Positions 36,924-48,190 of a DNA stretch of 64,000 nucleotides are shown here, one piece after another. Under the pieces are notes generated by a model. It was not told the origin of the DNA. It ran no database searches and saw only the letters and a program-made list of their open reading frames with translations. Each line of letters opens with the position of its first letter. The first letter of the stretch is position 1. The position numbers were made by a program, and so were the translations under genes. This stretch comes from Lophium mytilinum (Eukaryota), in NCBI GenBank assembly GCA_010093605.1, contig MU004199.1, positions 124,001 to 188,000 on the forward strand. The letters run 5' to 3'.

Positions 36924-39875
36924 ATGGACCCAGGACGCAGAGGCTTCGCGAATGCACCCGGCCAGCCACCCGCCGTTGCCCCAACTCCAGTAGGACCGCA
37001 GTACCACTGCCACATCTGCAAGAACCCAAGTCATGAGTTTCTCTTCTTACCATGCTGTGGCAAGGTCGCGTGTCTCTCTTGCAAAGAAAACCACGAGGGA
37101 GAACACTTCCCCAAAAATTTCTTTCTGCCAGAGGGCTCAAGAAACACGTAAGTACTACTTCTACTCGCCTCCAACTGCAAGAACGTGTTATAACAATGTA
37201 CAACAGGCCAGGCGCAGCCATAAGCCTCCTCATCGACTCCTCCGCGACTCGCTACGACGTCAACCTCCCCCTTCTCCTAGGCCTCCCCTTCTTCGCCCAT
37301 GCGCTGCGCAACTTCAACCCGTCAGACTTCTATACAGTAGACTGGACAATGAGGACCCGCAAGCCACGTTTTGCCATCATGCTCCCAGACTTTAGGTCCG
37401 CGGCGGTACGTATCTTCTTACTATGGCTCTACGGAGGCAACGAGAACGAGAGTGAGTTGCTACAAGGCGCCGTAATAAACGGCGTGCTCCCAGGCATCTA
37501 CGGTATAGCGCACACACTTGGTGTACCCAAAGTCCAGAACAGGGTCATCAAGTACTGGGACACGGCGTTCCGGCGGAACAAAGTGTCGATCTATCACGAT
37601 CTATCGATGGCTCACACGCTGCAAAAAGCACCTAACGTTATTGACATCATTGCTATGACAAACGCGTACAAAGAGACAGAGCCGGGGTCCAAACTAAGAC
37701 AGTTCGCGGCCTGCGTCATGTCTCAATGTCTGGATAGTAAGCATATTTTCGGGAAGTATGAGCATCAGCTGGAGATTCTGAAGGACATCCGAGATTGGAT
37801 GAGGAAGTGGGAGGTTTGGCAGTTGCGGAAAGGGCTGAGTGGACTCCCTGGCTCATCTGGAGATGTCGCTGCGGACGCACTTCTAGGCTTGGGCCAGGTG
37901 CGCAAGACTGCGGTGCGAAGGACTATACAAAGTTATAAGGCCGAGAGATTCTTATATGGAACTGATGAGGAGTCGCTCGGCTCGTTTTTCGTTGATGAGA
38001 ACGCGGTTTGGGATGCCACGCTGTATCAGAGCACGAGATTGAAGGTTCAAGATTTGAAGACTGGGGAGGTCATTGAAGTTACCGAGAAGTTCAAAGAGGC
38101 AGACGAAGCTAAGGCGGTCCCCGATGACGACGCAGATATCGCAACGTTGCTAGGCGATGAAAGTCAATCTCAACTTCAATCTCGAGCAGAACTTTCTGTC
38201 CCTGTCGCAGCTGTCCAGCCACCAAAGCAAGTTCACAGGCTTGACCCAACATCGACGCCATTTTCTCTCACTCGCCCCACCGCGCCATCCTCACCAAAGT
38301 CCTCCGCAGTTTCAGCCCGAGAGGTTGGTGAGGATCAAGCTAGAGATTCACCTAGCCCCTCCAAAGCCGCGGCCGAGGCAGTCAGTGCAGACCAGGACGG
38401 AGATGACCTAGTTTTATATGAATTGAACAGGCTTGCTTTGCTCTACGTCTTGATGGTAGGCGAGATCAACAAGAAGACAGTCAGAAATTACGAGCCGCGA
38501 ACGAAAGAGTTCTTTGATAAACTTGACAAGCTCACTCTCGCTGAACTTCTCAATGCGGTACCAGGCTCTACGAAATTCGACGCTGAGATGAATTGGAGCA
38601 TTTCATTGGCATGTAAGACGCCACTTCCTTTACACGACAAAGACTACGGTCCCTGGGTCCGACACGTTCGCGAATCACTACGGCTCCGTGAGAATGAAGA
38701 GGGAAAGCTCGGATCGGAGACAGATGTTCGCCACTCGCGCGAGTATTACATGGCTACAGCCGACTTGTCTAAGGTACCCACTCCGGAGGCTATACTTGCG
38801 CAGCTGAAACCTTACCAGCGCACCTCTCTCCAGGAGCTTCTGGGCAGCTTTGGTATTGAGACCAATTCTCCCGAACACATGTTGCTCGATGAGAATGCGA
38901 AGATGGTGGCGATAAAAGAGGATTCTGGCGATGCTTGGGGTCGATTACTCAAGGGAGTCGTTTACTGGCGTATAGAAGACGACGACTTCCGGAAGGATGT
39001 TGCGAAGACATTCAGGGAGATCAGGAGGCGGGCTGTGGAAGAAGCCAATGAAGCTGAAGAAGATAATGAGAAGAGCATCAAGAAGGAATTGGAGGTTTCT
39101 TCAACTGAGAACGAATCCTGGCAAACAGCAGAAGAATGCGAAGAGTATATCGACTGTGCTACCGTGGAGGAGACTGCAGATGAGAGCGGAGTCGCCCCAG
39201 AAGAAGCTGATGCTACCGGGGAGACCGCTACAGACAAGACCGCGGTCGATTTGGAAGCCGGATTCTGTCGCCATAAATGCGCGTCCTCTTGCTTGCATGT
39301 ATCGACACCAAAATGCTGCGCCTGTGCCGATGACCGGCCTTACTCAGAGTCATACTTGGTGTATGTAGACGGCATTGGAGACGCCCAACAGAATACGCGA
39401 TGGGAAGGGTATTGTCAGTCATGCGAAGGTAAGCTAAAATCTGTCCGCCGATTTGCTCTTAAACCATAGGAAGAAGTAGAGACTAACCTGTTTAACAGAG
39501 TTTTGGCATGACCATGCCGTCCGTACCGAGCTGAACCGCCTCGCCCTGTTGTTCGTTATGCTGGATAATCCGAAGATCGTCAAGAAACACCCTAATCGCG
39601 CTATCCATAGCAAATCACGGTCTTTGAGATACGTTCGCAAAGGGACCAAGGAGAAGCTCAGCCTATTCCCTATCGTCAAGTCAATTATTGGAAGGAAGCG
39701 AAGGTTTTGGAGCAGAGTGAGAGGGCCTTGGGCGTTTGAGGATCAGTTGTTTGGACTCTACCGGAGAAAGCGAGCTCGTAAAGACGTCTTCAAGACTGCT
39801 TTTCGGGGCCCTCGAAGCTATTTTACTCTGCCTCCCGCAATTTTCGGGGCTTGGCGGAGACGCTCAGAAGGGTGA
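36924..39875 (+). CDS. Large protein with degenerate RING-like N-terminus, BTB-like domain, acidic region and Cys-rich C-terminal module, 3 exons
   Basis: Exons 36924-37147, 37207-39428 and 39499-39875. Motifs CHIC-x11-CCGKVACLSC; YDVNLPLL..PFFAHAL..LPD..FLLWLYG..AHTLGVPKVQN..TEPGSKLRQF; CRHKC..CCACADDRPY..YVDGIG..RWEGYCQSCEEFW. Confidence 0.72.
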
Positions 39876-40116
39876 TTCTTGGCCGCAATTTTTTTCTGGT
39901 TCTTGATACTTGAGCTGCTATTCAGTGTTTTTGCGTTCTTGTTGGAGTTGAGGCTGTGTTCCTACGAAGGTATTGAGGGTAGTCACTCCAGCCAGGCTTC
40001 TATGAGCATCGGAGGGTTTACTTTTTGGCTAGAGGCGATGAGCTGTAGGTTAAAGCTGTAGGCTAAAGCTGTAATTTCAAGCTGTAAGATCAAACTACAG
40101 TGACAAGCCATAACTC

Positions 40117-40265
40117 TGTGCACACTCGGTTGCCACTGTCAGGAGCGCCCCCATGGGGAGACCGCCAAATAGGCGTCATGTCAAGTTTTAGACGGCGTGA
40201 TATGAACTTCCTCTTGACCAAGAGGTATCCTCGCGATGGAGCCGCCCCTGACAGTGGTGTCTAGC
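40117..40265. repeat. Copies of the dispersed CAC(C/T)GTC motif in inverted arrangement
   Basis: CCACTGTCAGG (40133-40143) and CCTGACAGTGG (40247-40257) form a perfect 11-bp inverted pair, preceded by GTGCACAC as in the other arrays. Confidence 0.55.
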
Positions 40266-40555
40266 TTGCAAAAGCGACACGGGAATAGTGATATCCGCGT
40301 GCCCAAACTTATGGCATAGTACTGTAGGATAATTGAAGGTGCTGGCTGTCGTAGCAGAGTTCGCTTCATTCACCCATTTAGGTACCATCAACAAGCATGA
40401 AGCTCTTTCTTCCATCAACAAATTTCCTTGTTCACCCACCTACACCTCCACGCCCACACCCCGATTCTGATACGCCTACAACGTAAAACGCCTTCATTGC
40501 CCTGAGGGCATCCGTCTCCCGCTACGCCCCCACAACGTCTGTAGCACCTACCACT

Positions 40556-42561
40556 ATGCCGCACCCAAAATACCTCTTTTCGGAGCCTTATTCGTCGTTT
40601 GTACCACGCAACCTCCCTAGTCTTCCACACGAATTGGTAGATAACATCTGCAATTATCTCGATGCCAACGATGTTTGCGCTCTACGACGTACCTGTAAGG
40701 CGCTGAACGACAAGTCTGAATACGCATTCGGTACGTAAGCCCCCAACACAGATAAAGGTTTCCTAGCAAAATGTCTGTTTGAAAAACTACTCGGGAAGTA
40801 TTCCAAGACAACCTTTGGTACCCCACTGCTTGGGGTACCCCCACAGGGTTTTAAAGATTCGAGGGCGAGGTCAAACTTCAAGCAGTGCAGATTAGATTGC
40901 CTCTTGACTGATTGCCTGCTCAGCAATCCGGCTACCGCCAACAATCTTACTGAGTGGGCAAATGGGACAGTGGTGTCTTGGAACTCCCTGCAGAAGTGTC
41001 TCACGCAGCATAACCTATCATCAATATCTGTTAGTTCACTCTAGCTGTGAAAGATTTGCTAACTTTATTGCCACCTTAAGGTACCGCCTTTCTGGGAGCA
41101 TTGAGGGTTGTCGTGTGCACTCGCGACCTGAAAGCATTGATAGCGATCTCGAAACATCCACACTTGTCACAATATGTCCGGATCTGCTGCGTTGCGGTGG
41201 ATATGGTTACTCCCGCCCTCGCCCGTAACGTTTACCGGGCCTCTCCCCGTCTTTGGGCTCCAGGTCCTTATTGGGACTTGCTTCTTCAACAATGCGCCAT
41301 GAACGGACAAGGCGTTGACTTCCGCGCGTTGGCCACAGCCTTTGCGAACTTCAAGAATCTTGAGGTCGTTCAGGTCAGCGGCCTAAGAGGGCTACCACAT
41401 CTACCTGAATGTTCCTTGAAGAGCCACCTTCCTCGCCAATGGGGAGTGAATCGAAGCTTGTATCCGGTCCCTTTTGAGTATACACCTTTTGATGTACCAC
41501 CTGATGTGACTGGATTTCCGATTGGAGACTTCGATGTCTCCTATTGCCTCCGAGATATCGGCTTCGATCTTCCGGTTTATCCAGCATATCAGGTTGTACT
41601 AAACGCCATCGAGATGAGCGGCAAGCAAGACCTGGTCATTGAGATGGACATCGCTATGCGTGAGCAGCTACGTCTCCACGCGAATAACGAACGCGACGTA
41701 CGTTTCACGAACAGTTACTTTTTGCATGGCGCCCACATACCTTTCCGCCATTACGCGGCGTCCGAGAGCAGAGACGGCAAAGCGGGACCTGCGAACCCTC
41801 TCTGGCTCAAGTACGCGAAGAACAACCTACGCCGCTTCGCCATCAAGTTCTGGGAAGAACATCCTCTTTCCCATGGGTACGTTGAGGTTATTAAAGACGT
41901 TATGAGCAGCGAAAGCCTCCAGTCTTTGGAAATCAGCAATGGCTACCCCGAACACACCGGCATTGTCCAAGGGTTCTCGAATTTTCAGCACCTCGACTGG
42001 CCGACCCATTTGACCCAGCTTACTCTTAGAGGCTTGAGGTTTCCTGGCAATGTTCTGACAAAAGTTCTAAAGGGGAATGCAGCCACATTGCGCACCCTCG
42101 TCTTCCAGGACATTATACTGGAAGAAGTCGAAGACTCGTGGGTACCCGTCCTTCAGCAGATGCGACAGATGCCCCTAACGTCACTCACCCTGGGACAACT
42201 AATCCAATTCGTCCCATACTCTGCTATTGAACCAACATGGGGATATAACGACCACGAACGGCAACAACTATCCGCAAAAGGGGAGGCGGAAGTGGCCACA
42301 ACGCTTGCCACGACGCTTGCGAGTTTCCAGGCCGTGGCCTACGAGGTGTCTGGATGGCGAGAGCGAAACTGGCCTCAGGGGGGCGGATTTGGCACACGGT
42401 ACCACTTTGCGCCTTCCCAACTGCCACAGCATCTCTTGCACATCTTCTTCGCCATTGACCTTTTGAGGAGTTACTGGACGCCTACTTGTGGAGTGTTGGT
42501 GAGGTTTCCGGTGGTAGAAGGGGCGGAAGTGATGGACGTCGAGGATAGGATGGAGGATTAG
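40556..42561 (+). CDS. F-box protein with LRR-like C-terminal region, 2 exons
   Basis: LPSLPHELVDNICNYLDANDVCALRRTCKAL F-box; intron 40731-41080 joins in phase to the 486-aa ORF (LIAISKHPHLSQYVR, LQSLEI, LTQLTL, LRTLVF, LTSLTL). Confidence 0.82.
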
Positions 42562-42649
42562 GAGGCCTCTTTGTGGCAATTTGGATGGGGGCTGGACAAG
42601 AACTTCAAGGCAGGTTGAGTGAGAATTGTGGAGCACGGGCTTAGTTTTT

Positions 42650-42925
42650 GCTCGCTTGACACCATTGTGAGGAGTCCTCTGTTAGCATGTCTTCAGATCA
42701 GTCAAATGGTAGTCTTATCTGCACGGTGTAGAGTTTACCATCGTACCTGGAGTCTCAAAAAGCCTATTGACGATAACTGGGTGTATGTAAGCTTCTTTTG
42801 CAGTCTAAATACCACTGTCAGGGGTCCATCAGCTCCAACGTCTTCAATCAGCCAAAGGGTAGCCCAATTCACACTGTGTTGAGGTTGACATCGAATTAGG
42901 AGTTTTGAAGGCCCATTGAGACACC
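42650..42925 (+). repeat. Two-copy 150-bp tandem repeat carrying the ACCA(C/T)TGT(C/G)AGG motif
   Basis: 42661 accattgtgaggagtcc..gtcttcagatcagtcaaatggtagtc versus 42811 accactgtcaggggtcc..gtcttcaatcagccaaagggtagcc; both continue to gcc(t/c)attga. Confidence 0.65.
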
Positions 42926-44068
42926 CTAGCTATTTGCAAGGAGTGCTATCTGTAGACGCTAACATAACAATTCCTGAGGTCTTTCAACGAGGCCTCAAAA
43001 TTTTGGCGAATTCCTGCTCTGATTCCCGATGTAGGGCCTTTTCTGTCCCTTATACTAGCCTGTACTAGCTTGACTATAGCAAGAAGTCAATTGTATGCCC
43101 TGCGCTTAGAGAATCATGTCTTTGCTCTTCCTTAAGCGCAATCCTCCAGTACTTGTAATGTAGAAGCATCGTTACGCAACGCCAACTTGCTGATAACATC
43201 TTTCAAACGCCTCGCCTCGCTGGAGTATTCTGAAATTCTAGAAAAGCCAACCATGATTTCGAACCATTCACCAATCGATTTTTGGCGCTGGGGGTTTGCG
43301 ATGGCGGCATTCCACCTCCTCAGAATCCAAGACAAGAGTGAGTAGAAACATTTCTGCTTAAGTCTCGAGAGTGACGAACCAAACTGTCCTAGCTGGCGTG
43401 TACATAATGTCTCACCATTGCTGATTCCGAGACTTTATCGCTGGTCAAGCCTGAAAATGTTCTACGATCGAATGGTCCAATCACGGTATTAATCATGTCT
43501 ACGATCATGTATTCGACATGGAGAGATCGTTTGAGAAGAATGTAGCCGAAGTGACTGACGGCTATGCCTTGAAAGAGGTTATTCGAAATGACAAGAAAGG
43601 TTTGAGTGCAGCGTTATGAAGCCGAAAGGTTTGCTGGGTATCTGTGTATCTTGTCTTTCGGTGTGGCACGGTTGCGGCGGATGTTAGCTGCTAGGCTACA
43701 GCCGCCAGGCTGTGGTTCTCGTAGATTCTCACCACCCGTCTAAAGTGAGTAGGCTATTATGTCCCGTGTAGCGAGCGACTTCGATCAAACTCTCTCTACT
43801 TTCGATCATCACACACCAAGCGCGCGCAAACTGTAACCTTCTAAGGTTGTTCGGTTTTGGTCTCAAGCAACTCAGTGCCTCTCGCGCAGAGGTGTGGTCG
43901 AAGCGGATTGGCCACCCTCCCTGCTAGCGCTGCAGGATACATAACAGAATAAGAGGCTGTGAAAGTGCCACGTCGACGTCTGCTTTGTTCTTCAAAGTTA
44001 CATCTTCATAATCCGAAAAAACCAAAGAGCTAGCGACCCCACTTTCTTTCTTCACAAGCATCTGGGCT

Positions 44069-46163
44069 ATGGCACGCGAAAAACTGTGTACAGCATGTAC
44101 AGCACTGCTCATAGACGATCACGCCCTTGGGGAAATCGTGCTTGACGATGGCAGAATTGTCCTAGACGGCGATAGAATTCCCCTGACCTTTGAAAGGCGC
44201 GATACCTATCCCGATTTCCCAGCGCTCAAAGCATCAACTGAACATGGTTGCCATTTCTGCGGTTTTTAACGGACGGCGATTTTAGACAGATTTGGGTGGC
44301 GGTTTGACCACATTACAACAAGATCCAAGGAACTCGAGAACCGGACCCGTAGCAATACCGTAACGATATGTCATCTCGAATATATTCACGACAATCATCG
44401 AATACAGGACGGAAGACTTTCACCTCCCTACAATGGAACTTGTGCTTTGGTTGGTCAACTTGACGTGCCAAACGAGAAACTGTTCGATATGGAACACGAA
44501 TGGCCTAGTTGGCAATTCGGCTTTGACATCTCCACAGAAGAAGGTCTGACATCTAGGTAACATGGCGGATGAAATGCATCTAACTTTTGTAGGCGACCCT
44601 ACAGCAGACTATCTTCGGATTCATCGTAGGCCAATTGACCCGGATCCTCTCTCGGCGAAAAACATGCAGTCTATGCAGGACTGGATTGCTGCTTGTGTGG
44701 AACAGCATGATCTTTGCCGAGTGAATGGGAATCAAGTACCTACACGATTGCTTGATTTTGGGACCAATAGCACAGAGTTAGAACCTCGTTTAGTTATCAC
44801 TGCTGATGAGCCCGCTATCTCCATCCCATCCACCAACCAGGCCAAGTATGCAGCTCTAAGCTATTGCTGGGGAAACACATCTAACTTCCCGCCGCTGGTA
44901 ACAAACAAACGAGACATAACGGACCGCATGTCCGGAATAGCGTTGTCTTGCATACCACAGACTATTCTGGATGCCATTACGGTGACCAGACTGCTCGAAA
45001 TACGTTATTTGTGGGTTGATGCGTTATGCATCGTTCAAGATGACGAAAAAGACTGGCAGAAAGAATCCGCGATGATGACTTCCGTTTATGGAAACGCTTT
45101 TGTCACTATCGTGGCTGCACGAGGTTCAGACAGCCACGCAGGATTTCTTGAGCCACAATGCCATGACAGGTTCACAACGTTACCATTTCGATCTTCAAAT
45201 CATCTTCAAACTACTGGAAGTTATCGTTTGACCCCAAGCTCTGACGATGCATCCTATTGCGAGTATTGGAGAGATATACTGGCATCTGAGTGGGATACTC
45301 GCGCCTGGACGCATCAGGAGTATGCGATGTCGAAAAGAATTCTCTTTTTCGGGAAGAGGTTGCATTTCGAATGCCATCAGATAGCCAGAGCCGAGTTCAC
45401 CCAGGCAACCATGATACGATACGGTCCCAGCGTTTACAAATCCCTAGCCGACTTTTCCTCCAAGAACGACATATACTCTTTTTGGTATGATACGATTAGT
45501 TTATTCTCTGGTCGGCGTCTGACAATTCAAGAAGATTTACTTCCAGCAATATCCGGGATAGCCCATCTAGTGGCAGCGGCTATCGGCGATCGTTACTTTG
45601 CTGGGCTTTGGAGCGGCGATATACTGACGGGGCTTCTTTGGAGGGAGATCGGAGACCCAGGAGAGAGAGTAAGATATCTAGCACCTTCGTGGAGCTGGGC
45701 AGCCTGTGATCAGTATGTGCAGTGGAGGTATAGAAGGCCAGACGAGGAAGCTATTGAAGAATGCGATATTGTTGACGTACAAACCAGTATAATCGGCGAG
45801 GACGCCATGGGACGTGTCAGTTCGGGTTACCTTACGCTTTCCGGGAGAGTAAAACGGTATACGGATCAGAGTCCTTGGCCAGATGAATTCTGGAGCCGGG
45901 CGTTTCCGCGAAGTACACGCGGTAGCATTTGCTGGGAAACCCGGATATGCGCGATCCTATTGAGGCGCTCTTCCACAGATGATATGGACCATAAAAGTAC
46001 ACCTGATACCATAATCGAAGGCCTGGTACTCTCTAGTGCCCAACGAGAACCCAACATACCAAACGATTACATCCGAATTGGCAGTTTTCGCATTCAAAAA
46101 AGCAAGGGCGGGGATGTAAATTTCTTTGAAGACTGCCCCGTCCAGAGAATTAACATCATCTAA
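44069..46163 (+). pseudogene. HET-domain (heterokaryon incompatibility) gene with premature TAA in exon 1
   Basis: PTRLLD, YAALSYCWG, PQTILDAI, YLWVDALCIVQDD, WDTRAWTHQE, APSWSWA. Exon 1 (RDTYPDFPAL..GCHFCGF*RTAI) reads through one TAA at 44267-44269 for about 90 more codons to an in-phase intron. Confidence 0.75.
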
Positions 46164-46233
46164 ATCATCGATGCAGTGGTTTCTTTCTTCGCTCGCAAAG
46201 AGAACCTTGTCAAACACGAACGCTGCGTGCATC

Positions 46234-47895
46234 TCACACCTTCTGGTCCCCATGATGCACACGCTCAAGATGCTGTACCCCATCCTTCTCATCATCTTTT
46301 TCCAGCTTCCCTAGCGCCCTAAACCTCTCCTCTTCATCCGCCTTGCTCGCCCTGACAACCGCCCTGTTATCCGGATTCAACCCCATCAACACCCTCGGGT
46401 TTTCATAAAACATGCGATCAACCTGCTCCAGTGTACGCCCGGAGGTCTCCACGCCAAAGAAATAGATAAGTGGCACGAAGATGGCGCAGATGATCGCCCA
46501 GATCCAGAAGTAGTTCCCACCAATCGACTGCAGGCCAATAGGCGTGACCATCACGACGACGAAATTAGACGCCCAGTGGCTAAACACCCCGATGGCGGTA
46601 GACTTGTTACGCACGCGGAGCGGCTGGACTTCAGCGGAGTAGGACCACGAGACAGGGAGGATGCCGGAGGTGAAGAAGTCCATGTAGAGGAAGATGAACG
46701 CGACGGCGCACGCGCTGTTGGCTTTGGTGGTTTTGACGCCGAGCGAACCTGCGATGATGGCCATGCACACGGCACAGCCGGCGGAGGAGATCATGATGCT
46801 CTTGCGGCGCCCAATGCGGTCGATGTAGAGGAATGGTGGCCAGGAGAAAACTGCGTACTGTGTGAACGCTACCGAGGCCAGGATGAGCGACATGTTGGCT
46901 GAGAACCCGAGATACCGCTGCAGGATGTATGCAAGGTAGTAGCAGATGGAGTTAATTCCACTCCACTGGTTCATCATGTATGGCCCCATGCCGAGCAGGA
47001 CGCGGTGTAGGTTGCGTGTTTTGGTGGCGTTGGTGAAGACTTCGTTCCAGGTTGGCTCGCCGTCTTCTTCTTCCGTGGCGATGGTGTCGAGGATCTCGTT
47101 GAGCTGGCCGGTGACTTCGGCATCATCGTCTGATTTATCGAGGAGACGGGCGATTACGTGGCGTGCGTTTTCGACTTGGCCATGCTTTGCGAGCCAACGA
47201 GGCGTCTCAACGATGAAAGGGCAGAGAATAAGAACGATGAGAGAGAATATGATTTGGCAGGCGATCTGTGGAAGGACTATGTTAGCAGAGCACGAAAGGT
47301 TCAGAGAAGAGAGAAAACTTACCGGGAAGCGCCACTGCATTGAGCTTTCAGCATAGAGAGTAGCAAAGCAGAGCCAAGACGCAACCGCGACACCAATGAT
47401 GATGAGAGCAGACTGGACGACGAGTAGAGATCCGCGATTGTGCGAAGGCAAGGTTTCGGCCTGAAGGATCGGGACTGCTACGGTGCTGAGGCCAACCCCG
47501 AAGCCTGCAATGATGCGCGATGCAACCATCTGGCCATACGAGTATGAGGCAGTTTGGATTGCTGCACCGATAATGACGATGATGTTGGCGAGTATGATGG
47601 AGCGTTTCCGTCCGAAGTTTTCACTGAAAAAGAAGGCCGCAACAGCTCCCATCGCGCATCCGATGTCGTAGATACCAGTTACCAGCCCCTGCATAGTTGC
47701 TGTGGGATGGCCTAGCATCTCCGTGAAGCGCTCACCGGCGAGAATGCCACCGAATAGCCCTGTAAAGACGATGGTCAGAGGACGTCGTGGTCAAATGACG
47801 GAGGTCCTACCTTGATCATAACCAAGTAAGATAAAGTCGAACCCCGCCGTGAGCAATATCACGGTGATCAGGGTATTGCCCCTTAGTTCGATCAT
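46234..47895 (-). CDS. MFS sugar porter family transporter, 3 exons
   Basis: LLGYDQG, FGRKR, RIIAGFGVG, ETPRWL, MNQWSGINSICYY, DRIGRR, VETSGRTLE motifs. Confidence 0.93.
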
Positions 47896-48047
47896 TATAG
47901 CGGACCCTAGGGTGATCACTAGACGTGAGGCCGGATAGTTCAATGCAACGAGAGATAGACCAGGTATATCAATCGGAAGACAGACAACGTGTTTCAAGGA
48001 CAGAGTAGAAGGGCCTGGATTGTCATTAAGGAAAGGGAACGGAGAAG

Positions 48048-48190
48048 TTTATATACCAAGGCTTGACCTTTGGATACCAGGATTTCCCCAGATCCCAGAG
48101 CCGGGTCTCCATCACGCGGCTTAGTACGTACCCCAGATCCCATCTAGACGAACAACGCGGGGAACGAAATGTGGAGTATGGAGTGCGGAG
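48048..48190 (-). promoter_or_regulatory. TATA box plus cluster of CreA/Mig1-type SYGGRG sites upstream of the sugar transporter
   Basis: TATATAAA on the minus strand near 48048; CCCCAG at 48086 and 48131, GCGGGG at 48157, GTGGAG at 48171, GCGGAG at 48185. Confidence 0.45.
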
